From IMG/VR virus record IMGVR_UViG_3300043313_000272: a stretch of DNA of 64,000 bases. One strand, 5' to 3'. Below, piece after piece: positions 9,361 to 19,993 of the stretch. Each line of letters begins with the position of its first letter. The first letter of the stretch is position 1. Source of the DNA: an uncultured virus (IMG/VR IMGVR_UViG_3300043313_000272). Taxonomy: Duplodnaviria; Heunggongvirae; Uroviricota; Caudoviricetes. The notes under the pieces were generated by a model. The model was given only the letters and a program-made list of their open reading frames with translations, did not search any database and had not been told where the DNA came from. The position numbers were made by a program, and so were the translations under genes.

Positions 9361-10347
9361 GCCTCATCCTCGCCGAGCGCCTCGCGCAGATCCTCCATTG
9401 GGATCTCGACACACTCCTCGCCGCTGGTGATCCCCCACACCGGGTCGCGGTGGGTCGTGCGGCAGGGGGTGTCGGGTCCGCCGGCGAATAGCTGGCGAAT
9501 ACCTAGCTGCCAGTTTTTAAGTCGGCGCACCTCGGCGAGCAGCTCTTGGACAGCCCTGTCTGACACCTTCCCGGTTCTGCTGCGGAGCCGCTCAATCTCG
9601 GCGAGTCGTTCCTCGGTGATCATTCGCAACCACACGTCCCGTTAGCTGCGCGGACCTGGTAGCACTTCGGGCAGGTGTTGGCGACCGCCTTCTCCAGCGG
9701 TGTGATCGAGGGGCACTCGACGTGCCGCCAGTCGTCGCCGGAGGAGTCGCTCTCGATCATGTCGCCGGGCTCGATGTCTTCACCGCACTCCGGGCACTCG
9801 CCTGGGTAGCGCGCGACGATCACGGCAGCAGATCCTTCGACCGGCGCGGAAGGGCCGGCGGGCGGGTCCGGGCAGCAATGATCGGCGAGTGAGCCACCGG
9901 CAGCGCCTGGATCATCTCGTCGGTGATCCGCGGGATCCTGCCCGTGTCGCCGTCCTCAGTGAAGTAGGTGCCCGGCGGCACCGTGGCTGGGACGGGCCGG
10001 ATCTCGAACAGTTTGCCCTGCTCTTGCAGGTCCAGACGGAGCGCCTGCAGCTGGAGGACGATCTCATCGGCAATCGCCGCAGCGAGCGCACGGCGCACCT
10101 CCGGCCACTCCCAGCCGTATGTGTCGGAGGCGAGCTGGAACGCCTCCAGCTTGGCGTCCGGCGAGGTGGCTGCCCAGCACGGCGTACACATCGGCGCCCA
10201 GCGAGCGCCCAGCTTGTGGCTCGTGTCCTGAATCCAGCGCCGACCCTCCGGGACCACCGGCTCGCCGCAGTAGGTGCAGTGGTGCACGTTCGAGAACGCC
10301 CTGCGGATCTTCGCCTCAATGGAATCGTTGACTGCCAATTTCTTCAT
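9357..10347 (-). other. Three small hypothetical ORFs (10347-9820, 9823-9620, 9623-9357), two with Zn-finger-like Cys motifs
   Basis: Coupled ORFs downstream of motif-bearing promoter. Confidence 0.55.
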
Positions 10348-10352
10348 CGGTT

Positions 10353-10404
10353 CTCCCTTTGCCAGGTGTTATTAAAAGCCTATCTCTTGACACACGGGTG
10401 TCAA
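10353..10404 (-). promoter_or_regulatory. Promoter TTGACA-N16-TAGGCT plus CACCTGGCAAAGGGAG leader motif
   Basis: -35 10399-10404, -10 10377-10382; inverted repeat TCTTGACAC-N4-GTGTCAAGA over the -35. Confidence 0.8.
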
Positions 10405-11414
10405 GAGTCTGTCGTATACGCGTCCTGCTCGGGCCATTCATCCCAGGTCCGACCGTCCAGGTTGCGGCCCGCCGCTTTCTTCCCGACCCGCCCAGACACG
10501 GTGCCGTCGCCCCAGTAGTCCACCCGTTCTGGCCAGGCCCCGACGTGATCGGGGCCGGACACCGGCTTCCACTCACCCCATTGCTTGAAGTGGAAGGCGA
10601 CACCCCACTTGACGCACTGGTCACGGATCGAGCGCGCCCAGTCGGGGTGCATCGGGCGAGCCTCATGTCCGGACTCGCCGCCCACGATCACCCAGTCGAT
10701 GCCGAGCTGGTCGTCGACGTCCCACTCGATCCCTGTCCCGTAGTCGACCAGGTTCATGACGCCCTCGCGGGTGACCGCGGGACCGGGCTCCTCGACGTTG
10801 CCGAACAGGTCGATCGGACCTAGCAGCGGCTCAGCCGAGACGAACTTGACCGCCGCCGGCGTCTGCACGAGCGCGGGGATGCGCAGCTCAGCCCACTTCT
10901 GCGACTCGGCGGACACGCCCAACCACACGTTCGGCACCAGCACCCTCTTGCCGTCAGGGGTCAGCGGGAAGTTGCCGTGGTCCTTCACGCGCAGCTTCTC
11001 CCACTCGCCAAGCACGAGGCACGCGAACTCCTCACTGTTCAGCAGGTACCGCATCACGCCCGCCCGTTTGGTGAGGATCTGGAACTGGTGTTGCTTGGCC
11101 GCCGCCATCACCGCGAAGACCCGTGCCAGGTACTCCTTCGGGATGTCCGAGTGGAACAGGTCGGACATCGAGTTGACGAAGATCCGGCGCGGCCTGGTCC
11201 AGCTCAGCGGCTGATCGAGGCGGGCGGGCAGCAGCCTCACCTCCCCGGTGAACCTGCCGTCGACGGCCAGCCCCTTGTAGGCGGGCACCTCCTTCAACCG
11301 CCCAGACGCCAGCGAGGCAGCGTAGCAGTGGTCACAGCCCGGTGAGACGTGCGTGCACCCGGTCACCGGATTCCACGTGGCGTCGGTCCAGTCGATCTTG
11401 CTCTTGTCACCCAT
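10401..11414 (-). CDS. Phage Gp37Gp68/DUF5131 family protein (radical-SAM-like)
   Basis: SKIDWTDATWNPVTGCTHVSPGCDHCYA, IFVNSMSDLFH, NVWLGVS, SAEPLLG, DWVIVGGESG, FHFKQWG. Confidence 0.92.
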   Translation of the reverse strand: MGDKSKIDWTDATWNPVTGCTHVSPGCDHCYAASLASGRLKEVPAYKGLAVDGRFTGEVRLLPARLDQPLSWTRPRRIFVNSMSDLFHSDIPKEYLARVFAVMAAAKQHQFQILTKRAGVMRYLLNSEEFACLVLGEWEKLRVKDHGNFPLTPDGKRVLVPNVWLGVSAESQKWAELRIPALVQTPAAVKFVSAEPLLGPIDLFGNVEEPGPAVTREGVMNLVDYGTGIEWDVDDQLGIDWVIVGGESGHEARPMHPDWARSIRDQCVKWGVAFHFKQWGEWKPVSGPDHVGAWPERVDYWGDGTVSGRVGKKAAGRNLDGRTWDEWPEQDAYTTDS

Positions 11415-12072
11415 AGTCGCGGTCCGGCCCTTCGTTGTCTGCTGGATTCGGCTCCAGTGCGTTGATGTGGCCCAGCGGGTTCAGCAGCGACGCCATCGAC
11501 CGGGAGATTCGCTCACGGGCGACCTGATTGTTGGCTAGCACCGTCAGCCCGATTCGATTCTTGATGTACGCGACCAGCGCCTGCTCCGCCTCGACCGGCA
11601 GCTGGGCGGACAGCTCGCCGTCTTCGTCGACCACCTCAACCCGAGCGAACGTAGCTACGACCGCCTCCTCAGGCGTCAGCGATTGGGTCAGCTTCACTTG
11701 TCCTTCTTCCGGTTGTAGGTGACCCCGATGGTCTGCTCGGCGTGCACCTCGTGGTCTGGGTGCCGGTCGGCATGCTGTGCCGCCAGCCCCACCGCGTTGC
11801 GCTCGTCCTGCTCAAAGCGGCAGTCTTCGCACCAGGCGTGAGCGTCCAGCATCCCGGTGTAGGTGTTGACCCTAGCCACGCCCGCGCCGCTTCTTCAGGA
11901 CCGGGACGATCACGGGCGGAGCGTCGCCGGCTAGTTCGGCGAGCACCTCATTCCGGGTGTGCTCGTCCATCGGCTCGATCAGAGTAGACCGGGCTGCGGT
12001 GCCGCGCCGGATTCTTTTCTCATGCTGCCAGTCCTTCAATGCCTGGGACAGCGCCACCGCGTTCGCATTCAT
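11407..12072 (-). other. Three small hypothetical ORFs (about 12072-11872, 11879-11694, 11697-11407)
   Basis: Coupled minus-strand ORFs. Confidence 0.5.
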
Positions 12073-12500
12073 CAGAACGGAGGCTCGTCGCCCTTGGCAG
12101 CCCACGGGTCAGAGCCCTGCTGCGCGGCTGGCTGCTGCTGTGCCGGCTGGCCACCGGTGGAGAGGAACGCCTTGCCCTCTTTGCCGCGGCGGATGACCGT
12201 CACCGTGTACGGGTAGATCCGGGTGTGGCTTGGACCTTCCTGGCCGGCTTTCTTTTTCTCTTGGGTCAGCTCGCCCATCACGAACACCTTGTCGCCCTTG
12301 AACACCAGCTGCTGCGGGCCGGGGAACTCATCCATCCACCACGACACGCGCCAGAAGGTCGACTGCGGCTCCCGCTGCTGGGTCTGGCTATTCCAGACCA
12401 TCTCCTCCTCCGCCACGGTGAACTCGATCACCCACCGCTCGAACAGCGGCTTGGGGTCGTTGGATTGGGTCACCCCGCCTTTGAGCTCTACCCGGGCCAT
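12072..12500 (-). CDS. ssb: Single-stranded DNA-binding protein
   Basis: OB-fold pattern (FTVA...TFWRVSWW...KGDKVFVMGEL) and Gln-rich tail ending DPWAAKGDEPPF. Confidence 0.85.
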   Translation of the reverse strand: MARVELKGGVTQSNDPKPLFERWVIEFTVAEEEMVWNSQTQQREPQSTFWRVSWWMDEFPGPQQLVFKGDKVFVMGELTQEKKKAGQEGPSHTRIYPYTVTVIRRGKEGKAFLSTGGQPAQQQPAAQQGSDPWAAKGDEPPF

Positions 12501-12859
12501 CAGAAGTCCATCTCCTCTTCGCTGCGCGGCTTGAGCCCCAGGTCGCCGATCGGCTGGTACTGGGCCGACTTGATCAGCGAGCCCTTGACGGCACCCACAA
12601 CCTGCTCGATTGACTTCTCCAGGTCCTCCCAGAGCAGCTGGAGCACCTCGTAGCCGTACGTCTCGACCGCCTCAAGCAGCTCCTGGTCGGACTCGAAGCC
12701 GAACACGTCGGAGGTGTCTGTGTACGTGGGGCCGTCCACGTCGCGCCAGACATGCACCTCCATGTTGGTCTCGTCGTCCTTGAGCACCAGACGGACCACG
12801 CCGTTGTGCACTTCCAGGTCTGCGAATCGCCAGCCTTCGGGCGGCTTGGGGTTGCTCAT
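12500..12859 (-). CDS. Hypothetical acidic protein
   Basis: First gene behind a motif-bearing promoter; strong SD. Confidence 0.65.
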   Translation of the reverse strand: MSNPKPPEGWRFADLEVHNGVVRLVLKDDETNMEVHVWRDVDGPTYTDTSDVFGFESDQELLEAVETYGYEVLQLLWEDLEKSIEQVVGAVKGSLIKSAQYQPIGDLGLKPRSEEEMDF

Positions 12860-12866
12860 AGTGTGT

Positions 12867-12923
12867 CTCCTTTGCCAGGTGTTTTACTGTGTCAAACCTA
12901 TCTGACAGACCCCTCCGTGTCAA
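12867..12923 (-). promoter_or_regulatory. Promoter TTGACA-N17-TAGGTT plus CACCTGGCAAAGGAG leader motif
   Basis: -35 12918-12923, -10 12895-12900, motif 12867-12881. Confidence 0.85.
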
Positions 12924-12996
12924 GAGTTTGGGCCTGTTACAGGGCAGTGCCGGCGACCGGCCAGAAGCCAGTGCCGGCACCACGCTGTTGGGTTCC

Positions 12997-14196
12997 TCAG
13001 AGGTAAGACGCGAGGGTCAGCGCCTCCAGGGCCTTGCCCTCCATCTCGCTGGACATGTCGGGGGACTCGACGACCTGCGCGGCGGAGGTGACCGCCTGCA
13101 TGACGCCTCCTGCGGTTGTGTCGCCGGCCTCGATGAAGTGCTGGAGCACCGCGTCCCGGACATGCTCGGGGAACTTCAGCCGGTTCGTGACCGTCTTGAC
13201 CGCCTCGTCGGCGTGGGAGGTCAGCTTGTGGTCGGCCTTGTTCTCGATCTCCTCGATCTTCGCCTGCAGGTAGTCGACGTCGAGCGCGGTGCGAACCACG
13301 TCCGCCGTCTTGGCCTTCATTAGCTCCAGCTGCTTCCGCTTCGTGTCCTCAGACCAGCGGATGATGCCCTCGTCGAGCCGCTGCCCGAGGTGTACGCCGC
13401 GGATTGCGTCGGCGTTGATCGTCATGCCGTTGCGGCACACCATCACCACGAGGCGCGGGGTGATCGACCAGGCGCCGTTTCCAGTTTCCGAATTCGAAAT
13501 GACGAAGCCGGCGAACACGACCGGGTTATCGGTGCCCGAGTTGTGATTGAACGGGGACCGGTAGTGGCGCAGCAGCGTCGGCGCCAGAGCGTTGACCTGC
13601 TCGGCTACCACCCGGACGTACATGCGGCGGTCTGACAGGTCGCAGGACTCGATATTGACCTCTACGCCGGCCTCCTTGACACCGTCCAGGGCGGCTGTCA
13701 GCGCGTCCAGGTGGTCGACGAAGCCGTACTGGTCGGACAGCAGCGCCCGGGCGATCCCGGTGCCATCCTCGCCGCGGAAGGTGCGCAGCAGGAAGGCGCG
13801 CGGGTCCGGGTCGACACCAGGGCGGACGGTCTCGAAGCCGCTGCCATCGGTGGAGTTCCGGATGAGCGGCCTGCGACCGTGGAGCCAGCCGTTGACGTTG
13901 GCGTCCCACAGGTCGGTCCGGGTGAGCCGCATGCGGCGCAGGTACTCGCGGGGGATGTTGAGCTTGCCGGACAGGCCCTCTTCGAAGACGTCCGTTGTGC
14001 GGTAGGTGCCGTCCACCACGTCGACCCCAGTCTCAGTGAGCAGCGGGTCGGCGCCCTTGACCACGATCTCGCCGTTCACGGCGCGCATCTTCGTGGCCGG
14101 TACCACCATGTCCACCTTGCGTGTCTGCTGTTGCTGGAGCAGCTCCGCCAGGTCGGCCAGTGTGGCGTTCCGGGTCTCGGTGGTCAGTTCGGTCAT
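12997..14196 (-). CDS. DUF932-family protein
   Basis: ARALLSDQY, GFVISNSETGNG, PRLVVMVCRNGM, VHLG motifs. Confidence 0.75.
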   Translation of the reverse strand: MTELTTETRNATLADLAELLQQQQTRKVDMVVPATKMRAVNGEIVVKGADPLLTETGVDVVDGTYRTTDVFEEGLSGKLNIPREYLRRMRLTRTDLWDANVNGWLHGRRPLIRNSTDGSGFETVRPGVDPDPRAFLLRTFRGEDGTGIARALLSDQYGFVDHLDALTAALDGVKEAGVEVNIESCDLSDRRMYVRVVAEQVNALAPTLLRHYRSPFNHNSGTDNPVVFAGFVISNSETGNGAWSITPRLVVMVCRNGMTINADAIRGVHLGQRLDEGIIRWSEDTKRKQLELMKAKTADVVRTALDVDYLQAKIEEIENKADHKLTSHADEAVKTVTNRLKFPEHVRDAVLQHFIEAGDTTAGGVMQAVTSAAQVVESPDMSSEMEGKALEALTLASYL

Positions 14197-14201
14197 GCTT
14201 C

Positions 14202-14277
14202 CTCCTTTGCCAGGTGACCCGCGTTGTGCGGGCTTACTTTCAAGATCAAACCTACGGGAGCACCCTCAGTTTGTCAA
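14202..14277 (-). promoter_or_regulatory. Promoter TTGACA-N17-TAGGTT plus CACCTGGCAAAGGAG leader motif
   Basis: -35 14272-14277, -10 14249-14254, motif 14202-14216. Confidence 0.85.
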
Positions 14278-14386
14278 GAGTTTGGGGAGGTTTTTGGGCC
14301 TGCTGGCCGCCAGTGTGGGAGCGGCCAGCAGGTGGCACATTGCACTCTGACCCGGTGCCGGGTGCCGCAGTCACAGGCCCACACGC

Positions 14387-14728
14387 CTACTGCGACAAGT
14401 CCTCCGCGTGCATCTGCTCGGCGGCGTTGGAGACCAAGATATCCACCACCTCGGACGCCACGTCCTCCAGATCCTCTTGGGGGACGCCGTGCACGTGCTG
14501 GGGTCTACGGGTCGGCTCCGGTACTGGCCGGGTCCGGACGTTCAGCACAGTCTCGTACGCCGCGATGACAGCCGCCATGCACCGCTGGCAGGGGAAGCTA
14601 CCCCTCGGTGGCTCGCCCCGGGTGAACTCCAGGCCAGCCAGCTCGCTGTTGCAGAGGATCGGCCCGTCACCGAAGGTGATGTGCCAGACCCGCCCGTAGT
14701 CGACGCGAGTCCACTGGAGGGTGCTCAC
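14387..14728 (-). CDS. Hypothetical protein
   Basis: Coupled to upstream gene; H...LC...CQRC motif. Confidence 0.55.
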   Translation of the reverse strand: MSTLQWTRVDYGRVWHITFGDGPILCNSELAGLEFTRGEPPRGSFPCQRCMAAVIAAYETVLNVRTRPVPEPTRRPQHVHGVPQEDLEDVASEVVDILVSNAAEQMHAEDLSQ

Positions 14729-15624
14729 TCCGGCTCACCGCGATATGCCGCCTTGGCCTTCGCGTCGTCGAGCTTCTTGCGCTGGTCTTTCCGCCACATC
14801 AGCAGCTGGCCCTTGTTCAGCTCCTGCCACTTGGGCTGGTTGTAGTCCGCGTCCCACATCTGCGGCATCAGTTTGATCTTGTCGAGGAACCATTGCTGGC
14901 CCTCGCGGATCTCCTCGTCGGTCAGCCCGAGCACCTGCTGGGCCTCGAAATAGATCTGCGCCAGCTCCTGGATGATGTCCTGCTTCGTCTCCTTGGCTTC
15001 CGGCTCGGCCTCGGCGGCTGCCTCCATGCGCTGGGCTCGGAACACCTCAGGGTTCTGCATCTCCTCAGCTGAGGCGACACCGGAGCCGGGCAGCACACCG
15101 AAGCCCCACGCGGCGATCGCGCGCCCGTTGGCGGCAGTCTCAGCCTTCTCCCACGAGTTGCTGCCGATGCGGGAGCTGGTGCCGGAGCGTGTCCCAATGA
15201 GCATCTCTTCGCCGGTGTTGTCGATGCCGTACACCTTGCAGTTGACCCGGTACACCACGTTCTCGGCGTAGACCAGGATGCCCGGCATTCCGGTCGGGGT
15301 GTTCGGCTCGGGCTCCAACTCGACGCGCGACCAGGTGTTGATCCCTTGGGCCTTCTCCAGCATCTTGATGCGTCCGGCGACCGACATGTACAGCCGGACC
15401 ACCCACCGGAAGTCCTTCGGCTGGTCGGGCTCGGCGACGTTGGTGCGTTGCCCGATCGCGTGCACGTACTCAATGAAGTCGATCGTGTCCACACCCCAGA
15501 CTTTTGGCAGCTCCTTCAGGAGCCGCTCCACCTCGTCCACCTGCGGGTTGACCTTGTTGTTCATTCGGCTGATCCATTCCCACCGAGAGAACTGCTCGGG
15601 GGTCGTCACTGCTGGATCTGTCAC
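14725..15624 (-). CDS. Putative Rad52/Sak-like single-strand annealing protein
   Basis: YMSVAGRI...EKAETAANGRAIAAWGFG...ASAEEM pattern; RecB-like exonuclease and SSB in the same arm. Confidence 0.6.
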   Translation of the reverse strand: MTDPAVTTPEQFSRWEWISRMNNKVNPQVDEVERLLKELPKVWGVDTIDFIEYVHAIGQRTNVAEPDQPKDFRWVVRLYMSVAGRIKMLEKAQGINTWSRVELEPEPNTPTGMPGILVYAENVVYRVNCKVYGIDNTGEEMLIGTRSGTSSRIGSNSWEKAETAANGRAIAAWGFGVLPGSGVASAEEMQNPEVFRAQRMEAAAEAEPEAKETKQDIIQELAQIYFEAQQVLGLTDEEIREGQQWFLDKIKLMPQMWDADYNQPKWQELNKGQLLMWRKDQRKKLDDAKAKAAYRGEPE

Positions 15625-15821
15625 TTCTTCCTTCCTCCTCCCACTTCGTAACCCTTCGCTATTAGTTGTTGCCTGATCTGTCTGACCCGCTCTCGGGAGA
15701 TCCCAAGCTCGCGGGCGATCTGCGCCTGCGAGACGTGCCGCGCCAGACTGTTCGCGACCTCCCGCTCTTGCGCGGTGAGACCTGAGTCGTCTCGGTCGAG
15801 CGTGTAGCCCGGGTGTGTCAT
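15621..15821 (-). CDS. Small HTH DNA-binding protein (sigma70 region 4/LuxR-like)
   Basis: LTAQEREV...SQAQIARELGISRERVRQI. Confidence 0.8.
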   Translation of the reverse strand: MTHPGYTLDRDDSGLTAQEREVANSLARHVSQAQIARELGISRERVRQIRQQLIAKGYEVGGGRKK

Positions 15822-17108
15822 GTCCGCCTCCGGAACCGTTCGATGTTGCGCGAGATGCGCGCTGAGTCTGAGGCTGACATAACCGGGTGCCCGAAGCACG
15901 CCGGACACTGCTCGGGTGTCGCAGCCGGACCCACCTCGTAGAACGGGTCCTCTATCTCGCCGGCGCCGCCGCACAGCGGGCACAGCGCTTCGCCGGCAGT
16001 GCAGTCAGTGCACACCGGGATCCTTCTCCTCACGTTCGCGGCGGAGCTTCACGGTGAACACCTCGGCCATCTTGTGGGCGGTGTCCTCCTGCATGCGTCC
16101 GGGCGCTACCTCGGCCTGGAAGATGTCGGAGCTGCCCGGGTAGTTCGACGATTCAAGGTGCGCGAAGTACACCACCCAGACCTTCCCGACGTACGCGGAC
16201 GGCTGGATCATCAGCCATTCCTCGGTGACCGTGCCCTTCCCGGCGCACTCGATCGCGCGCCCGCGAGCTTCGGCGAGCGACATTTGGCTGGCGATGATCA
16301 TGTGATCTCACCCCTCGCCAGGTCGTCCATGGCTCGGGCGATCTTGAGCATGCCCTGATCGGCAGGCAGGTCCAGCCCGTTCCGGCGGTTGCGGAAGGTG
16401 TTTGCGAGGTCGTTCCACCCGTTGCGCTCAAGGATGGAGACCCCCCAGTTGCGGAGCCCGTCGTCGGTAATAGTCCCCCGGTTTTCGACGGCCTCCCGCA
16501 TCATCGTGGCCACCATATCGGCGTTCGTACCGGGCATCATTCCTCCCAGTCGATCTGCACGGAGCCGTCTTCGTCTAGGAAGCAGAAGGCGACCGGCTGG
16601 TTCTCGGCCTCCCACATGGCGTCGGTGATCTCGCCGTATTCGTCGTCGGGGTAGACGTCGACCGTCCAGTAACCCTTTCGGATGTCACCCGCCACGTTGA
16701 GAGTGGTCGACTTGATGATCCGGGGCAGCTTCTGCTGCATCCACCGCTCAGCCTCTCCGGCCCTCGCGAACTCGCGGCTGGCGAACGTACGCCGGTAGGG
16801 CTCGTCCTCGTCACCGCCCCAAATGTGGGCCTGGAATCTCGGCTGCTCCAGATGCTTCTGGTGCGCCACGTAGTCCTTGGTCTCGGCCATCACGCCACCA
16901 CGCATACCCAGCTGAACGACATGATGAGCCAGCGGGCATCCTCGGGGACGCGGCAGGCCGCCCACCTCTCTTCGAGGGTCATCGCGAGCGTCATGAGCCC
17001 ACGGCTGACCAGCGCCTTGTGCATCGCCCAGACCGCTTTGGGGGCGTCGTAGTCCGTCTCGTACTGCGTGATGATCCGTTGGGCGGCTCGCGCCAGAATC
17101 TCGTCCAT
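15818..17108 (-). other. Five small hypothetical ORFs (17108-16890, 16890-16537, ~16540-16298, 16301-16005, ~16033-15818)
   Basis: Coupled ORFs behind the promoter at 17172. Confidence 0.55.
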
Positions 17109-17113
17109 TTCAA

Positions 17114-17172
17114 CTCCTTTGCCAGGTGTCTCTTTCAAGATCAAACCTACGGGAGTTGCCAACTCTTGTCAA
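17114..17172 (-). promoter_or_regulatory. Promoter TTGACA-N17-TAGGTT plus CACCTGGCAAAGGAG leader motif
   Basis: -35 17167-17172, -10 17144-17149; 24-bp block CTTTCAAGATCAAACCTACGGGAG identical to 14237-14260. Confidence 0.85.
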
Positions 17173-17181
17173 GAGTTTGGG

Positions 17182-18783
17182 TCACATCATGCCGCGGCTG
17201 CGGAGCCTGACCGGCACTGAGGTGGGGCCGGTGATGATGTCGTTATCGGTCACCCGGACCGGAGTGTCGACGCCGGAGAGGACGGGCACCCGGTCGCCGC
17301 CGACGATGGGGAACTCCAGGCTGTCGTCGGTGTACAGCTGGAGCCCGTTGGGGGCCTTCTCGGGGCACGGAGGCATGGCCCGGATCATGTCGTCGGTGAT
17401 GAACGGGAACCGCATCCTGAATGGCATAGCTGAGCCCTCCATCACCGCATAGGCGATGCCGGGGAGCACGTCGGGGATCTCGTCGCAGAGAGCCCCTCGG
17501 TACCACATGCCGTCCCCGAGCACCATGTTGACCTGCTGTCTCGTGCGCAGCCGGAACGCCACCCGATAGGGGATCAGGTCGCGCATCGGCAGGATGTCCT
17601 TCGTCGCCTCCTGGCTCATGCCGAGGAACAGCACGTTCGCCGCGCGGCCCTTCGAGATGATGTGCGCCATGGCGTTCTGCATCCGCTTCTTGGCCTCGCG
17701 GTTCTGACACCAGGCGGTCAGCGACGCCATCTCGTCGCAGAAGATCACCTCTGCCGGCGAGCCCACCGTTGGGATGTGCTTGCGGGACTCGCCGCGCATC
17801 TCGTCGAGCCGCCGGTTGAGGATCGCCACCTTGTCTTCGAGGGCGTGCACGAAAGGCCACTCGTAGCGGGACGGGTCGTTCTTCAGGTCGCCGAACACGA
17901 AGTCCGAGAAGACGTGCGCGCCCATGCCCAGCTCGGCGCCGCCCTTGGGGTCGAGCCCGGTGATCTTCATCAGCCCGGCCTGGATGGCTGGGATCGCCAT
18001 GTAGACGTAGCACCAGCCGCCGGAGGACTTGCCGGATCCGGTGACGCCGACGAACAGCCAGTGACGCCACAGCGGATGCACCAGCCACGGCGTGAAGTCG
18101 TCTTTCAGCGACAGCGCCCACCCGGACTGGGGGATGGGTTCGGTCGGGTATTGGAAGGGCGACACCGGTTTGATCAGCGGCTCACGGACGATGAACAGCA
18201 GCCGCACCCGCCGCGGTTCGACGTCGACGCCGGCGGGTCCGTCCTTGACCTTCTTGTCGATCGGGTAGACGGCGAGCCGCTGCGCATGGAAGGCCGCAGC
18301 AAGATCAGCAGCGTTCTCCCGCCAGTTTTGGATCGTGACCCCGGGCGGATTCCACGCCTCCACCTCGTCGGTCGACTTCTTCGACTTGCAGCTCAGCGGC
18401 GCCGGCACCTTCGCATTGCCGTCTTTCAAGATCACGTGGCACTCTTCGAGTCGTCCACGCCAACGGATCCGGTAGATGAAGATCGAGCGGTACCACGATT
18501 TGGGCCGGTACACCACCTGCTGGCGGAACATTTCGCCGCCGTGCATGCTCCACGCCACTAATCCGATGAGCGAGCCGGAGACCACGACGTAGACGAGGAT
18601 CGGCGTCAGCAGGTACCAGGCGAAGGTGAGCGCGATCGCCGTACCCCAAAAGCTGGTCGCGAACCGGCTGTGCAGGATGATCAACATCTGCCGCCACGAG
18701 TGATAGGCGCACCACTGCCCGAACCGCACGTAGAACGGGGGTCTGACCGGTTTGGGGGGTGCCTGTCTGATCAGGCGGCGCAT
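17182..18783 (-). CDS. FtsK/SpoIIIE (TraB-like) DNA translocase
   Basis: N-terminal TM segments, HWLFVGVTGSGKS Walker A, LDPKGGAEL, IFCDEMA Walker B, KGRAA, RVAFR. Confidence 0.9.
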   Translation of the reverse strand: MRRLIRQAPPKPVRPPFYVRFGQWCAYHSWRQMLIILHSRFATSFWGTAIALTFAWYLLTPILVYVVVSGSLIGLVAWSMHGGEMFRQQVVYRPKSWYRSIFIYRIRWRGRLEECHVILKDGNAKVPAPLSCKSKKSTDEVEAWNPPGVTIQNWRENAADLAAAFHAQRLAVYPIDKKVKDGPAGVDVEPRRVRLLFIVREPLIKPVSPFQYPTEPIPQSGWALSLKDDFTPWLVHPLWRHWLFVGVTGSGKSSGGWCYVYMAIPAIQAGLMKITGLDPKGGAELGMGAHVFSDFVFGDLKNDPSRYEWPFVHALEDKVAILNRRLDEMRGESRKHIPTVGSPAEVIFCDEMASLTAWCQNREAKKRMQNAMAHIISKGRAANVLFLGMSQEATKDILPMRDLIPYRVAFRLRTRQQVNMVLGDGMWYRGALCDEIPDVLPGIAYAVMEGSAMPFRMRFPFITDDMIRAMPPCPEKAPNGLQLYTDDSLEFPIVGGDRVPVLSGVDTPVRVTDNDIITGPTSVPVRLRSRGMM

Positions 18784-18843
18784 AGTGCGATCCGGTCGCT
18801 CACAACCGGATCATGCCACGTCAAGCCTTGACAACGAAGCGAA

Positions 18844-18869
18844 ACCCCGCCCAACTGCCAAGGCGGGGT
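18844..18869 (-). terminator. Intrinsic terminator
   Basis: ACCCCGCC/GGCGGGGT stem followed by TTCGCTTCGTT on the minus strand. Confidence 0.6.
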
Positions 18870-19145
18870 CTCAGTGGTGGCGGGGATGCCTCCGAAGCTC
18901 GGAGTCTACTACCGCTTCGGTGCGTGCGCCCAGCCGACCTGCGGGTTGGTCGGGAAGGTGCTGTGCACCGACTGCCGATCGAGCGGCTTGGGCTGCTTGA
19001 CGCCGCTGCCCTTGATCTGGCTGGCGCCCTTGCCGGTCGCGCCTGGTGATTTAGCCATGGTGACCTCCTGTGGACAGTCTATAGACGACGTACCCGAGAA
19101 CGATGCACATCACCAGCGCCGGCGCCCACCAGCCGCGCCACCGGG

Positions 19146-19523
19146 TCACTTCTCCTCGGCGAACTGCCTGCAGGCCAGGTGCTCCCCCCACCGGTCGATA
19201 TAGGTGAGCGCGAGCCGGTCGGGCGTCGGGGTTGCCGCTGCCTCGTCGAAGAATTTCACGATCGCTGCGCAGTCACCCGCGTCGCCGGCGGCGTCGATGC
19301 GCTTTTTGAATCCGGGTTGGTAGTCGCCCCAGACGACCCCGGTTTGCGGAGGCCTCTTCATCTCCACCGGCATGTCGGCCTCTTCGGGGTCGTCGTAGGT
19401 CTGAGCCGGTGGCCAATTCTCGTCGGTCGGACGCCACGGATCCGGGCGAAGTGCCAGGTAGGTGATGGCGCTCACCGCGAGGATGAGCGCCACCACCAGC
19501 GAGATGCCTAGTCGCCGCACTAG
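19146..19523 (-). CDS. Hypothetical membrane-anchored protein
   Basis: VRRLGISLVVALILAVSAITYLAL signal/TM segment; start inferred within the longer ORF. Confidence 0.55.
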   Translation of the reverse strand, partial: LVRRLGISLVVALILAVSAITYLALRPDPWRPTDENWPPAQTYDDPEEADMPVEMKRPPQTGVVWGDYQPGFKKRIDAAGDAGDCAAIVKFFDEAAATPTPDRLALTYIDRWGEHLACRQFAEEK

Positions 19524-19993
19524 TGCGGGTACCTCTTGATGTTGGTCAAGCACCCGAAGCAGCCGGAGTGCTTCCGCCAGCCCAGCTTCTTCCAGCGGTT
19601 CCAACCGTCGGGCCAGCCGACGATGTTGGTCGCCACCCGCCAGCCAGGAGGCACGTGGAAACCATCGGTGTCGTGCCAGTTGTAGTCCGACAGCGTTTGG
19701 TCGTTGTGACCACCACCGCCCGCGTAGATCCACTCCCGATTGCCGGAGGTGGTGCCGCAACTGGTGGAGGACCAGTTGTGGCACATCAGGACGCCGTCGT
19801 AGTCCTGCGTCATGTAATGCCGGGCGCAGTACTCGGACCTTTCATCGGGTCGCCCACCGGAGGGTGAGCACGCCGATGCAGATTTCGGTGCGAGCGCCGT
19901 CCCAGCTGGCGCCACCGCCTGCACGCCGGTGAAGGCGATGACCGCCGCCACGATCAAGACCAGGGGCGTGAGTAGACGCTTAATTCTCGTCAC
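19520..19993 (-). CDS. Secreted Cys/Trp-rich hypothetical protein
   Basis: GTG start with SD; signal peptide RIKRLLTPLVLIVAAVIAF...ASA. Confidence 0.65.
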   Translation of the reverse strand: MTRIKRLLTPLVLIVAAVIAFTGVQAVAPAGTALAPKSASACSPSGGRPDERSEYCARHYMTQDYDGVLMCHNWSSTSCGTTSGNREWIYAGGGGHNDQTLSDYNWHDTDGFHVPPGWRVATNIVGWPDGWNRWKKLGWRKHSGCFGCLTNIKRYPH

